Position numbers and translations under genes: made by a program | Assembly: GCA_951406725.2 (NCBI GenBank) | Contig: OX597833.1 | Coordinates: 47,988,001-48,052,000, forward strand | Reading direction: 5' to 3' | DNA: 64,000 bases | DNA from: Octopus vulgaris | Lineage: Eukaryota | The notes under the pieces: model-generated | Databases searched by the model: none | Seen by the model: only the letters and a program-made list of their open reading frames with translations | What the model was told of the DNA's origin: nothing | Part shown: positions 1-11,407 of the stretch, piece by piece | Layout of the letters: the number at the start of each line of letters is the position of its first letter | How positions within the stretch are numbered: the stretch's first letter is position 1

Positions 1-211
1 ATATTATCCAATACTTATTTAGTTACAGGAGCTCCGTTTGTTGACCAAGTTGACCCTTAGGTCACCATATTTCAATTGAAATACACCCCCATTATTTTAT
101 TATTTCAATTAATTTTGGAAATAATGAAAATATATAGTAAAATAACTTTGCTGTTATTAAACTGACATTTGAAACACAAATTAGCAGGAAATTTTGAAGG
201 GAATTTTTTAC

Positions 212-604
212 TTATTCTTCTATTCTTTTTATTCTTTTACTTCTTTCAGTCATTTGACTGTGGCCATGCTGGAGCACCGCCTTTAGTCGAGCAAATCGAC
301 CCCGGGACTTATTCTTTGTAAGCCTGGCACTTATTCTATCGGTCTCTTTTGCCGAACAGCTAAGTGATGGGGACGTAAACACACCAGCATCGGTTGTCAA
401 GCAACGCTAGGGGGACAAACACAGACATACAAACACACACACATATACGACAGGCTTCTTTCAGTTTCCATCTACCAAATCCACTCACAAGGCATTGGTC
501 AACCCAAGGCTATAGCAGAAGACACTTGTCCAAGATGCCACACAGTGGGACTGAACCCGGAACCATGTGGTTGGTTAGCAAGCTACTTACCACACAGCCA
601 CTGC
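212..604 (-). mobile_element. SINE family A (tRNA-derived head, central CA/TA microsatellite, AAAGAGT/AAAGAAT-type tail)
   Basis: Near-identical to copies at 9754, 31956 and 50105. Head has A-box-like TGGCTGTGTGG and B-box-like GGTTCAGTCCC; tail is CATGGCCACAGTCAAATGACTGAAA. Confidence 0.92.
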
Positions 605-789
605 TGGATCACTTAAAAAAAAAAAAAAAAGCTTGTACTCTAGAATCAAGGGCTGTCATGGGTTAAATATGAACACACGACAAATCAATAGCTAACAATG
701 AACTAACTAGATTTATTCCTTACATGAAAAAAGTGAATTTTTCTTAATTTAAATAATTCACTAAACTACATCAGTAAAGGTGAAGTTAC

Positions 790-1031
790 TTTCTTGAGTC
801 ATGGCAGTTCATAAGGGCTGGTTTCCCAGTTTCATGGCATATGAATTCCCCACCTGGACAAGACGCCGGTCTGTTGCAGGATTACTCATTTTTGCCAGCT
901 GAGTAGACTGGGGCAATGTGAAATGAAATGTTTTGCTCAAGAACACAATGCATCGCCTGGTACAGGAATTGTAACCACAATCTTATAATTGTGAGTCCAA
1001 CACCCTAACCACTAAGCTATGTTCCTCCACA
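790..1031 (-). mobile_element. SINE family C (tRNA-derived head, GTGTTCTTGAGCAAAACA core)
   Basis: Reverse complement starts GTGGAGGAACATAGCTTAGTGGTTAGGGTGTTGGACTCAC; homologous to 6976, 12035 and 43660. Confidence 0.8.
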
Positions 1032-1059
1032 AACTACATCAATAGCACTAACTATTTAC

Positions 1060-1388
1060 TTATTAAAGCCCTTCACTCCCTAAAGAGCATGGACCCTCAA
1101 TGACCTTTCTCCAATGTTCTCAACTCTGGATTGTCTTTTCTGCTTTCTCCTAGATTATGTTCGTTTTGAATTGTCATTAATGCTTCTGTAACTCTGCCTT
1201 TTTACTAGGTAGGGGTGTTGGCCTTACATAAGTGCATTTTTACCTCAGGGAAGAGGTGGTCCATGTTAGACAAGCCTCTATCCTTTGACCTGTCTAGCAT
1301 GGCAAACCCTACTATAAGCTCCTGCTCTACAGCCACAGCTCTCAGGGTTACTAAGACACACAAGTCACCACCACACTACAACAAGGAC
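1060..1388 (-). mobile_element. Short bipartite RTE-derived non-autonomous element (RTE 5' UTR-like plus 3' end-like)
   Basis: Minus strand begins CCTTGTTGTAG...GAGAGCTGTGGC...CCATGCTAGACAGGTCAAAGG (RTE 5' UTR-like) and ends TGGAGAAAGGTCATTGAGGGTCCATGCTC...TAATAA. Confidence 0.5.
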
Positions 1389-1459
1389 TGGATTTTATGG
1401 CATGCCAACAGCACTGACACTAGAACCTATTTATCGAATTTAATAAATAATTTCAAAAA

Positions 1460-1915
1460 TATCTTCTTCTTCCTCAGCTATCTGTCGTAGGTCGATGTTG
1501 GCTGTTCTTGTTCAGAAATCATCTCTATCGGGCTCACATGTGTCCTACAAGGCCTACTCTTGATTTGCAGCAACGATGCCATCCGTTGCAGGTGAAGCTA
1601 CTTGATGTAATTGAGAAATGATGCCTCTCATGTGCTCTTTCATATTCTCCCTGTTCTTTCTCCTCAATGGCTGAAATTACAAGCTTCAGCTATCAGTGTC
1701 ATTTACTGCACTGCAGGGCCTTTGCCTCCCAAGCATCTGGGGACATACTGGAGTTCTTCATATGTCTCTTCAGCACATCTCTGTATCACAACTTCTGGCC
1801 ACCATGGCTCCAACTACTCTGATGCAGTTCAACATAGAAAATTGCCTTTGGAAGCTAGCCACCCTCCATCCTGCAAACATGTCCCATCCAGCACAAAAAT
1901 ATGCACACTAGTTGT
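1460..1915 (-). mobile_element. Decayed RTE LINE ORF2 C-terminal fragment
   Basis: Minus translation WMGHVCRMEGG*LPKAIFYVELHQSSWSHGGQKL*YRDVLKRHMK..PDAWEAKA matches the RTE C-terminal WxGHVxRM/LPK/GGQ pattern. Confidence 0.8.
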
Positions 1916-1946
1916 AATCATTGATTTAATATAGTCACTGAAGAAA

Positions 1947-2293
1947 TTTACTCTTTTACTTGTTTCAGTCATTTGACTGCGGCCATGCTGGAGCACCGCC
2001 TTTAATCGAGCAAATCGACCCCGGGACTTATTCTTTTGTAAGCCCAGTACTTATTCTATCGGTTTCTTTTGCCGAACCGCTAAGTGACGGGGACATAAAC
2101 ACACCAGCATCGGTTGTCAAGCAATGCTAGGGAGACAAACACAGACACACAAACACATACACACACATACATATATACGACAGGCTTCTTTCAGTTTCCG
2201 TCTATCAAATCCACTCACAAGGCATTGGTCGGCCCGTGGCTATAGTAGAAGACACTTGCCCAAGATGCCGGAACCCAGAACCATGTGGTTGGT
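1947..2293 (-). mobile_element. SINE family A, deletion in head
   Basis: Homology to family A. Confidence 0.9.
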
Positions 2294-2556
2294 TACAATC
2301 TTATTCAGTTTATATTTTTGCTAGATATTTCTCTAAGTTTATTTTGGTTCCATCTCTACAGCAAAAGCATTAAATTAATCATAGATTTAGGTTTAGGGAA
2401 TACCTCCAAAAATTATTTTATTCATTTTAAGGATTTAACTATCAAAGAATTACATTTAACCCTTCAGTATTTAAGCTAACCATTAACAGCATAAAATATT
2501 CTACCTGTTTTACATTCAAACCAGTCAAATCCAGTCTCTCACACCTACCCTACAAT

Positions 2557-2770
2557 ACTGGCTTCAAATTTGGCACAAGACTATGAAGTTTGGGGGAGGG
2601 GGTGAGTCAATTGCAGTGACCTCAGGGTTCAACTGGTGCTAATTTTATCAACCTCAAAAGGATGAAAAGCAAAGTCAGCCCCAGTAGAATTTGAACTCAG
2701 AACGTGAAGACGGATGAAATGCCTCTAAGCATTTTGCCTAGTGTGCTAACAATTCTGCCAGCTCACCACC
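2557..2770 (-). mobile_element. SINE family M, diverged (GCCTTTCATCC...GATAAA...GTACCAG central domain, MetaSINE-like)
   Basis: Homology to 47688-47912. Confidence 0.75.
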
Positions 2771-2839
2771 TTCACCTTACCCTACACTATTATTCTAAAA
2801 ATAAACAATCATATCATCAAAATATCAAAGCCATAGGAC

Positions 2840-3385
2840 ATCATCATCATCACCACCATTTAACGTCTGTTTTCCATGCTGGCATGGGTTGGACAGTTCG
2901 ACCGGGGTCTGGTAAGCCATGGAGGCTGCACCAAGCTCCAGTCTGATCTGGCAGTGTTTCTACAGCTGGATGCCCTTCCTAATGCCAACCACTCCGTGAG
3001 TGTAGTGGGTGTTTTTTACATGCCACCTGCACAGGAGCCAGAGCAAGCTGGCAAGCGGCCACGATCGGTTGGTGCTTTTACGTGTCACCGACACGGACGC
3101 CAGTCAGGCGGCGCTAGTAACTGCCACGCTCGAACGGTGCTTTTACGTGTCACCAGCACAGGTGTCTTAATGAACTTGACTCAACAGGTCTCCTCAAGAA
3201 CAGCGGGTCACTCTACAATCCAAGGTTAGCACAACAGGCCGTCCTGCGAGCCATGAACTCACTTCATTTGTCGGGTCTTCAAATCCTCAAGAACAGCGGG
3301 TCACTCTGCGATCCAAGGTTAGCACAACAGGCCGTCCTGCGAGCCATGAACTCACTGCATTTGTCGGGTCTTCGAAGTCAAAGCA
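2840..3385 (-). mobile_element. RTE LINE 3' end/3' UTR (family B) with 93-bp tandem duplication
   Basis: (GAT)n tail, GTTGGCATTAGGAAGGGCATCCAGCTGTAG motif, GTGGCACGTAAAAGCACC-type subrepeats; duplication at 3191-3373. Confidence 0.8.
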
Positions 3386-4091
3386 ATATGAATAAATAAG
3401 CATTACATTTAAAAGAGTAATCTGAATGCTAAAGGGTTAAATAGCCATAGTGAAAGAAAACGGCAAGTGTGTGGTTGCGCAAGTGTCCACGCGCGCACAT
3501 GAGCACCCGCATGCTATAACTTGGTAGCAGGCTCAGATGTAACATTCCTCAAAAAATCTTGTGTTTATTTATAACAGTTAACTGACACATGTGGACTTCA
3601 ATGCCCCTGTTCAGAGACAAACTAGAACTTCTGAAATGGGATTATATGAATGTGTAACTTGTAGTCTCCTTTTTTTTTAATCCATTATTTGTCCTTTACA
3701 TTCAATTTTACGATTATTAGATAGATAATGTACATAACTTCTCTCCAACATAATCCTCCCATAAAAAAAATTTAAAAATTAGGTATTTAGGTTTCAAAAA
3801 CAATTTTGTTTGTTTACTTGTTTGTTTGCTGTAGGTTTTTAATCTGGTATTTAGAAATTAATGAGATAGAAAGTCAAATTGTTTTTAATCAATAATGCTG
3901 CTTAATAATAAATTCAAAGCAGAAAAAGGATAAAAATAAAAAAATTAAAAAAAGCCCCAGCAAAAACACACCCAACCCTTTTTGAAATTCAATTTTTTGT
4001 AAGCATGTTACTTGGATTTAGCATGCACAAGTTACAAGCTATAGGAAAAACAAAGAGTTATTATGCATAAAATATGCTTTAGTAAAAATGT

Positions 4092-4130
<39 letters not shown>

Positions 4131-4326
4131 CATTACAGAGGGTTGCAGGCTCTGGGGAGAGAGTAAGAATAAAAAGGCGAGTGGGAATAAGTCTGCAGGG
4201 AGATGCATCTAGCTTGTTGAGATGTCAGTCAGAATCCAAACCCGATTCCTTTCAGGTTAGTCTGCAACATGATCAGAAGGGCTTCATTCAGTATCTACAA
4301 TAATGTAATTATCAAATTGAACTTAA

Positions 4327-4663
4327 ACCATGTGGTTTTGTGGTTCAATTCCACACTGCAGTACCTTGGTTAAGGGTCTTTTACTATAGCCCTGGGCTGA
4401 CCAATGCTTTGTGAGTGACATTGGTAGATGGAAACTGTGTGGAAGCCCATTGTTTGTGTGGTGTGTGTGTGTGCATATGGTCAGGGCTTTGTCACCACCA
4501 CATCTCACCCTCACAACTTGGCAGTCCAGCAAACGAGACTGATACAATAAGTACCACAAAAAAAAAAAAAAACTTAAGTACTAAGGTTGATTTATTTGAT
4601 TAAAAAAGCCTTCAAGATGATGCTCCAACATGACCACAGTCCAATGACTGAAACAAGTAAAAG
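4327..4663 (+). mobile_element. SINE family A, older diverged copy
   Basis: Head and tail motifs recognisable with many substitutions. Confidence 0.75.
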
Positions 4664-4697
4664 ACAACAGGCCAATGACAATGAAAAGTATTCTAGT

Positions 4698-5114
4698 ATC
4701 CTTCGTGTCCGATGGCATCACTTTGTCTCCAACAATTCGGTGCGACACCAGTGCAGAATCACCTCCCTCCGACAAGTCATCCTAACAAGACGTCTGCATT
4801 GGCTGGGTCATGCCCTCCGTCGTCAACCAGGAGAATTCATCTATGAAGCAATTGCCCCAGCTCCCCTTCAGGGTTGGCAAAAGCGATGTGGTGGACAATG
4901 AAAAACCTGGCTGATGACAGTCAAGGCTGATCTGGAACCCAACCTAGGACCCCATATCTACGGCGTTTGCTGCTGGAATAAGGAGTGGTTGGAGATCACG
5001 CGGTTGTTAGCCTCAAATCGCCAGGCCTGGTCGGCGTTTGTGAGAGATGCAGCATTGAGGATGAATGAAGCCAGCTCAACCCACCCTGGGTGAATGCTGT
5101 CAAATCAGTCAGTC
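4698..5114 (+). mobile_element. 5'-truncated RTE-clade LINE with 8-bp TSD
   Basis: ILRVRWHHFVSN...RRLHWLGHALRR...RCGGQ translation; (CAGT)n tail; TSD ATTCTAGT at 4690-4697 and 5115-5122; sister copy at 39444. Confidence 0.9.
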
Positions 5115-5300
5115 ATTCTAGTTGGACACTGAGAGACCTTTAAGAACTGAAATATGTCACTTGACTGTACTGACTCTAGAGAGACCCACAAGAACAATCT
5201 TCAAGGAAACATCCCTGTAGTGTGCATATGTAACCGATCCTTCATTTATCTGGAGGTTTGGTCAAATCTCAAACCACCAGCCCAATTTTAATTTACATAC

Positions 5301-5381
5301 TCCAGTTTAAAACGGGAGGAAAATGTAATAAGAGCACTTCCTAAAGGAGACTGAATGTACTCCTCCTCTCACTCCTTAATA
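5301..5381 (-). other. Candidate internal exon (81 nt) of a minus-strand transcript; stops in all three frames
   Basis: Acceptor poly-T CATCTTATCGCTCTACAG| and donor GGA|GTATGT in unique sequence. Confidence 0.55.
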
Positions 5382-5943
5382 CTGTAGAGCGATAAGATGA
5401 AAAAAAAAAGCTTAAGGAAGAATCTACATGTTACAAAAAAAAACAACCTAAAACGTGCTGTAAATAGCTACACACACAGAACCCCACCCCCTATGTTTTA
5501 GACTTTCAGAACAGAGTATTTCTACTTTATCTTTTTATAACATAATTTTCTCAAACTTATCTAATCTGTCTTAGTTTTCCCAATGGAGATATATTATACA
5601 AGTAGTGAATTTCAAGGATTAGCTCAGATTCATAAAGGTTGTCTCCTCATGTATTGCAAGGCTTAAAGCCTTCTGATTTTCATGTTTTCTAATCTGATAT
5701 CACATAACTAACTGATTAGAGTTATGATATTCAAGCTGCATTCTCCCAGCTTCTCTGTGCTTAGTATAATAATTAGTTTCTTTAGTAATTATTTGCAGAC
5801 ACACCATTTAATACACTTCTTTTCCATGCAGATTTTCAAATTTCTTAATGTTAAACACTTTGGAACTCTATATCTACAACTCGCAAAATATTTAATATAC
5901 AACATTTTAAATTTAAACTTAGCGATAAAGGTTAATGAACTCT

Positions 5944-6364
5944 CTCTTTACTCTTTACTCTTTTACTTGTTTCAGTCATTTGACTGCGGCCATGCTGGAG
6001 CACCGCCTTTAGTCGAGTAAATCGACCCCGGGACTTATTCTTTGTAAGCCCAGTACTTATTCTATCGGTCTCTTTTGCCGAACCGCTAAGTGACGGGGAC
6101 GTAAACACACCAGCATCGGTTGTCAAGCAATGCTAGGGGGACAAACACAGACATATAAACACACACACATACATATATATATAAATATATATTTATATAT
6201 ATGACGGACTACTTTCAGTTTCCGTCTACCAAATCCACTCACAAGGTTTTGGTCGGCCTGAGGCTATAGTAGAAGACACTTGCCCAAGGTGCCACACAGT
6301 GGGGATGAACCCAGAACCATGTGGTTGGTAAGCAAGCTACTTACTACACAGCCACTCCTGCGTC
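5944..6364 (-). mobile_element. SINE family A with 24-bp flanking direct repeat
   Basis: Family homology; flanks 5920-5943 and 6365-6388 match at 22/24. Confidence 0.92.
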
Positions 6365-6489
6365 TAGCCATAAAGCTTAATGAACTCTGTTTATTCTCTA
6401 TTAGAAACAAGAAAAACAGTCATTGTATAAATACTGCAGGTGCATATGCAGAAACTGCACTAATAAAAAAGTCAAGAAAACAATATATG

Positions 6490-6820
6490 GGAGTTACTGG
6501 TACGCTGTTGGTTACGACACAAGGGTTCCAGCTGAGCCAATCAACAGATATGCCAGCCTGTGAAATTAACAAGCAAGTGGCCGAGTACTCCATAAACAAA
6601 CATACCTTTAAAGTAGTTTTCAAGGAGATTCAGTCTGACACAGAATGTGACAAAGCTGGCCCTTTGACTGATAAGTACAACTCATTTTTGCCACCTGAGT
6701 GGACTGGAGCAATGTGAAATAAAGGGTCTTGCTCAAGGACACGACATGCTACTGGGTATCAAACTCATGACTTTATGATCATGTGCCGAATACCCTAACC
6801 ACTTAGTCATGCGCATTCAT
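6490..6820 (-). mobile_element. SINE family C, alternative-tail variant
   Basis: Homologous to 35900-36197. Confidence 0.75.
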
Positions 6821-6975
6821 GGTATGAGAGTAGAGTAAGAGTAAAGAGTCAAATCATTAATTGAAGTGACTCCTAAATGGTGATATGTAGAACTATATTA
6901 AATTACAAGCAAGCAAGCAAGCAATAAACTTAGAATAACTGCAAAGTCACAGTTAAATAAATGAACTATTTAACA

Positions 6976-7125
6976 GTGGAGGCACATGGCTTAGTGGTTA
7001 GGGTGTTGGACTCATGATTGTAAGCTTGTAGTTTCAATTCCTGGACTGTACAATGTCTGGTGTTCTTGAGCAAAACACTTCATTTCACATAGCTTTAGTT
7101 CACTCAGTTAGCAAAAATGAGTAAC
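6976..7125 (+). mobile_element. SINE family C 5' part
   Basis: GTGGAGGCACATGGCTTAGTGGTTAGGG...GTTTCAATTCC A and B boxes. Confidence 0.8.
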
Positions 7126-7259
7126 TTAAGTAAAGTTGGCAAGACAGTAATGGTTGGTGGAGCTGCCTAAAAATCCTAACAGAAGGGAACTTCAGGACTG
7201 ATAGACAATAGGTCGAACCTGATGCTGGGTATAACCTTTTTTTTTTTTAACTATTTAAC

Positions 7260-8070
7260 AATTACATCATTATCACCACCTTTGTTTTGGCATCCACTTT
7301 TCCATGGGTCAGATGGAATTTATTAAGGCTGACTTTCTACAGCTGGATGCTCTTCCTGTCACTAATCCTTACCTGTTTCCAACCAAGGTAATATTTCCTT
7401 GTAGCCAGACATGTTTTCATGGTATTTTGGAAATGAATGACATTTATTTACAACACTAATGCAATGTCATGACAAAGAAACAAAAATATCCACTATTCTC
7501 TGTGGTGGCACAGGTTGGGTGGTTTGACAGGAGCTGGCCAGCCAGGGAGCTGCACCGAGTTCCAATTGTCTGCTTTGGCATGGTTTCCACAGCTGGGTAC
7601 CCTTCCTAATGCCAACCACTTCAGAGTATACTGGGTGCTTTTTACATGGTGCCAGCACAGGAGCATTTTATGTGGCACTAGCACAGGTGCTTTTTATGTG
7701 AACCCAACACAGGTGCAATTTACGTGGCACCAGCACAGGGGCTTTTTATGTGGACCCACCATAGGTGCATTTTATGTGGCACCAGCACAGGTGCTTTTTA
7801 TGTGGACCCAACACAGGTGCATTTTACGTGGAACTGGCACAGGTGCTTTTTATGACATCAGCACAGATACTTTTTACAAGGCACACACACACACACACAC
7901 ACACACACTAGGCAGTTGTCTTTCAGTTTCTATCAACAAATCCTTTCACAAGGTGTTGGTCAACTTGAGTTATAGTAGAAGACACTTGCCCAAGGTGTCA
8001 TGCAGTGGGACTGAACCCAAAACTGTATGGCAGGGAAGCAAATTTGTTAACCACACAACAACGCCAACAC
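7260..8070 (-). mobile_element. SINE family D (A-type head, RTE-type tail) interrupted by an RTE 3' UTR with an expanded ~20-bp subrepeat array (7640-7880)
   Basis: Tail at 7260-7480, family B segment at 7505-7880 with repeated GCACAGGTGCTTTTATGTGGCAC units, head at 7900-8070. Confidence 0.65.
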
Positions 8071-8658
8071 CTACTCCTAAATAAATTTAAATCTGAAGCT
8101 CAGATTAAGCTTGACCCATACAAGCATAGAAAAAATGAATGTTATAATGACAATGATGACGATCTTTGAATCATTCAAAAAATAATACAATGATTAATAA
8201 CATTTTAAAATAAATATTGTCTGCTGCCTGGCTGAACAAGTCTGATATATGGCATAAAACTAATTAACAATGAATTATAGCTGTCACCATATTTCTTCCG
8301 GTAAATATAGCTTTGACATAATTGTTACATTTTCTCACAAAAAATAGTTTAGCAAAGTATATCATTAAGATATCAAATTATCTTGGCAGTACAGAAAAAA
8401 TCTAAAGAGAAACAGAGAACAATGTAAAAAAAAAACATGACACATTAATTTAACTGAACGTGATACTGTTTAGGCTCATTTGTAGCTGTTTGCTTCCCAA
8501 CAATATGGTTTGGGGTTCAGTCCCACTGCATGGTACCTTGGATAAGTGTTTTCTGCTAAATACTCAGGTTGACCAAAGCCTTGTAACTGGATTTGGTAGA
8601 CAACTGAAAAAACCTTATTTACATTCGACGGATATTTGTCCTCATCTTGTTTGTTGTT

Positions 8659-8704
8659 AACACAACGTTTCGGCTGGTATAACCTCCAGCCTTCTTCAGG
8701 TCCC
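8659..8704 (-). ncRNA. Minimal hammerhead motif, second copy
   Basis: GGGAC CUGAAGA A GGCUG-loop-CAGCC GAAAC GUU GUGUU. Core and palindromic ACGU stem III intact; stem I weakened. Confidence 0.65.
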
Positions 8705-8751
8705 TTGAGGAAATTTCGAACCTGGGTTCTCATTCCTAAGGTATTTTTCTA

Positions 8752-8782
<31 letters not shown>

Positions 8783-8986
8783 GTTCAGGTCATTGCTTGG
8801 AATCGAACTCAGAATCTCGGGGTTAATAGCCCATGCTCTTAACCACTATGCCATATGCCTGCGGGCATATGGCATAGTGGTTACCCCAAGATTCTGAGTT
8901 CAGTTCCAAGCAGTGACCTGAACAATAATAATAACATCATAAAAAAATACCTTAGGAATGAGAACCCAGGTTCAAAATTTCCCCAA

Positions 8987-9032
8987 GACACCTGAAGAAG
9001 GCTGGAGGGTATATCAGCCGAAATGTTGTGTC
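8987..9032 (+). ncRNA. Minimal type I hammerhead ribozyme motif (Penelope-type)
   Basis: GACAC CUGAAGA A GGCUG-loop-CAGCC GAAA U GUU GUGUC. Stems I and II are perfect; GAAAC reads GAAAU in this copy. Confidence 0.7.
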
Positions 9033-9419
9033 AACAACAAACAAGATGAGGACAAATATCCGTCGAATGTAAATAATGTACATAATTCCTCATCTCTTAA
9101 ATATAGAACTGACAGAAACCTGTCATATATGGGTGGGGTGTGTGTGTTTGTGTCCCCTTGTCTTGACATAGCATGACTGTTGTAAATGAGTGTCACTGTT
9201 ATACAAACAGTGTCATTCGTTCCCAATATTCTGCAAGAAAATGTCTAGCCATGGGTAAATATTACCTTGCTTGGAAAGAGGTGAGTGCTGACATCATAAA
9301 GGGCTTCTGGCTGCAGAAAATCTGCCTCAATAATCTCCATCTAACCCATGCAAGCATGGAAAGGTGGATGCTAAAAACGATGATGATAGTTTATACCTCC
9401 TTGCTTCTATTAACGATTG

Positions 9420-9640
9420 TCAACATCATCATCATCGTTTAACGTCTGCTTTTCATGCTAGCATGGGTTGGACGATTTGATTGAGGTCTGGCGAACCAGA
9501 TGGCTGCACCAGACTCCAATCCGATCTGGCAGAGTTTCTACAGCTGGATGCTCTTCCTAATGCCAACCACTCTGAGAGTGTAGTGGGTGCTTTTACGTGC
9601 CACCGGCACGAGGGCCAGTCAGGTGGTACTGGCAACGACG
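9420..9640 (-). mobile_element. RTE 3' UTR fragment (family B)
   Basis: Family B tail motifs and (GAT)n. Confidence 0.8.
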
Positions 9641-9753
9641 TATGTGCATATTTAAAAATATGAATTAAAACAGGTGTTTATGTTATATGTATCAAATGGA
9701 AGAAAGAATATAATCATTACTAGAGACAAAATTTAAATCATTTATTTACATAT

Positions 9754-9923
9754 GCGCAGGAGTGGCTGTGTGGTAAGTAGCTTGCTAACCAACCACATGG
9801 TTCTGGGTTCAGTCCCACTGCGTGGCATCTTGGGCAAATGTCTTCTGCTTTGGCCCCAGGCCGACCAATACCTTGTGAGTGGATTTGGTAGACGGAAACT
9901 GAAAGAAGCCTGTCGTATATATG

Positions 9924-9954
<31 letters not shown>

Positions 9955-10164
9955 TTGTGTGTCTGTGTTTGTCTCCCTAGCATTGCTTGAGAACCGATGC
10001 TGGTGTGTTTACGTCCCCGTCACTTAGCAGTTCGGCAAAAAGAGACCGATAGAATAAGTACTGGGCTTACAAAGAATAAGTCCCGGGGTCGAGTTGCTCG
10101 ACTAAAGGCGGTGCTCCAGCATGGCCGCAATCAAATGACTGAAACAAGTAAAAGAATAAAAGAA
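9754..10164 (+). mobile_element. SINE family A, full length
   Basis: GCGCAGGAGTGGCTGTGTGG...GACTGAAACAAGTAAAAGAATAAAAGAAT. Confidence 0.95.
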
Positions 10165-10594
10165 TATGGTTGGTCAGAATACATGTTGCCAACTTGGGTT
10201 TCACACCAGTACAGAAAAAAACATGCTACACTCTTCAACCTATGAATTCGCATGCCAGTTCAAGATGGCAAGGAAGATACTGTTTTGATAGCACAGATCT
10301 GACAGTAGTGAATTTCCTGAATATGTCAACCTATTTAATGGCCAATATTATTCCTTATAGAATAACTAAAGGAGATTCTTAATTATATAAAATTTTCTCA
10401 CCCTCCTACTAATATCAATAAAAATCTGTTTAGAAATATCTCATTGAGGTCATAGCATTTATCTGCTAATGAGTTAAGTTCTAGAGATTATTCAACTCAC
10501 TATAGTAACACAGTGGCTGAGTGTAGATTAAAGGGCAAGATATAGTCATTAAGTGTGTCATATAAGGAATAACAGACCAAAGCATATTAATTAA

Positions 10595-10986
10595 CTAACA
10601 GTATCGCCCGGTGTTGCTCAGGTTTGTTTCGACCCTTTAAAATTGGAATTTTTGAAAAGTAAAAATTTTGCATTGTGCAGCTTGTTATTCTCTTTAAGTG
10701 AACATTTTTCTGGTTGAAATACACTGAAAAATGGCGACACAGCAGTAAAAAAATTGTAAAAAATAGGGATTTTCATAGAAAAAAAGCACCTTTTTGATGT
10801 AAATAATTTTTGGTCTTAACATGGTCCGATTTTAATTTTTTCTTCTACGTAAGGAAGAGCAAGCCTTCTTCTATCATACTCTCAATTTTGGTTAATTTGC
10901 GCCGCAGGTTCTCGGAGGAGATAGTGTTAGTTGAAGGCTACCAAACCTGCCATACACAGACAACTTCAGCTTTATATATAGAGAGA
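10595..10986 (-). mobile_element. Non-autonomous Helitron, subfamily 1
   Basis: Minus strand has A|TC 5' end, 3' GC-rich hairpin and TTAG|T end; close homolog at 29534. Confidence 0.8.
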
Positions 10987-11368
10987 TTGGTAAAATCCAC
11001 CATATAACATAAGACCTTTTCATATTACTCAAGAAATGGAACATGGGTATTATACGATCTTTAACAGAAATAGTTATATTGCCTTATGTTATTGCATCCA
11101 ATCTTGGGCACAGCATTACTTCTTTGAATGTAGCTAAGTTTGCAAATTATAATACTACTCAGCAATAATTATAGCAATAATGCAAGCTAAAAATTTAATA
11201 AGAATTTCCCATTAGATTGAGAACTGTCTTACAAATGGTTTAGTATATAAATTTAGTATTAGAATGCCTAGAACTAACTCATAAGTGTGCGTGTGTCTGT
11301 GTGTGAGAGAGAGAGAGGTTTTTGTATTAATATAGGGAAATATGTATGTATGTATGTGTGTGTATATA

Positions 11369-11407
<39 letters not shown>

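Larger units (their letters stand above)
2460..3436. mobile_element. piggyBac-like MITE with nested SINE M and RTE 3' end
   Basis: TTAA|CCCTTCAG...GCTAAAGGG|TTAA ends; body homologous to 50999-51211. Confidence 0.7.
8615..9106. mobile_element. Head-to-head inverted pair of a tRNA-headed element with Penelope-like hammerhead tail
   Basis: About 210-250 bp arms centred on ATATGCCTGCGGGCATAT; each arm has an A box, B box, (AAT)n and a hammerhead motif. Confidence 0.75.
8475..9387 (+). mobile_element. SINE family D, host of the 8615-9106 insertion
   Basis: Head to AACTGAAAAAACC (8614), resumes at AACTGACAGAAACC (9107), ends CATGCAAGCATGGAAAGGTGGATGCTAAAAACGATGATGAT. Confidence 0.75.

Noticed and set aside
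394-666. Recurrent ORFs such as ...RQASFSFRLPNPLTRHWSARGYSRRHLPK... and MTTDAGVFTSPSLSGSAKETDR..., which look like a multigene family
   Set aside because: They are translations of non-coding SINE family A copies on both strands, with variable frames.
7640-7880. CRISPR-like regularly spaced repeats (also 21300-21520)
   Set aside because: Degenerate tandem subrepeats inside an RTE 3' UTR, with no unique spacers, no cas genes and a eukaryotic context.
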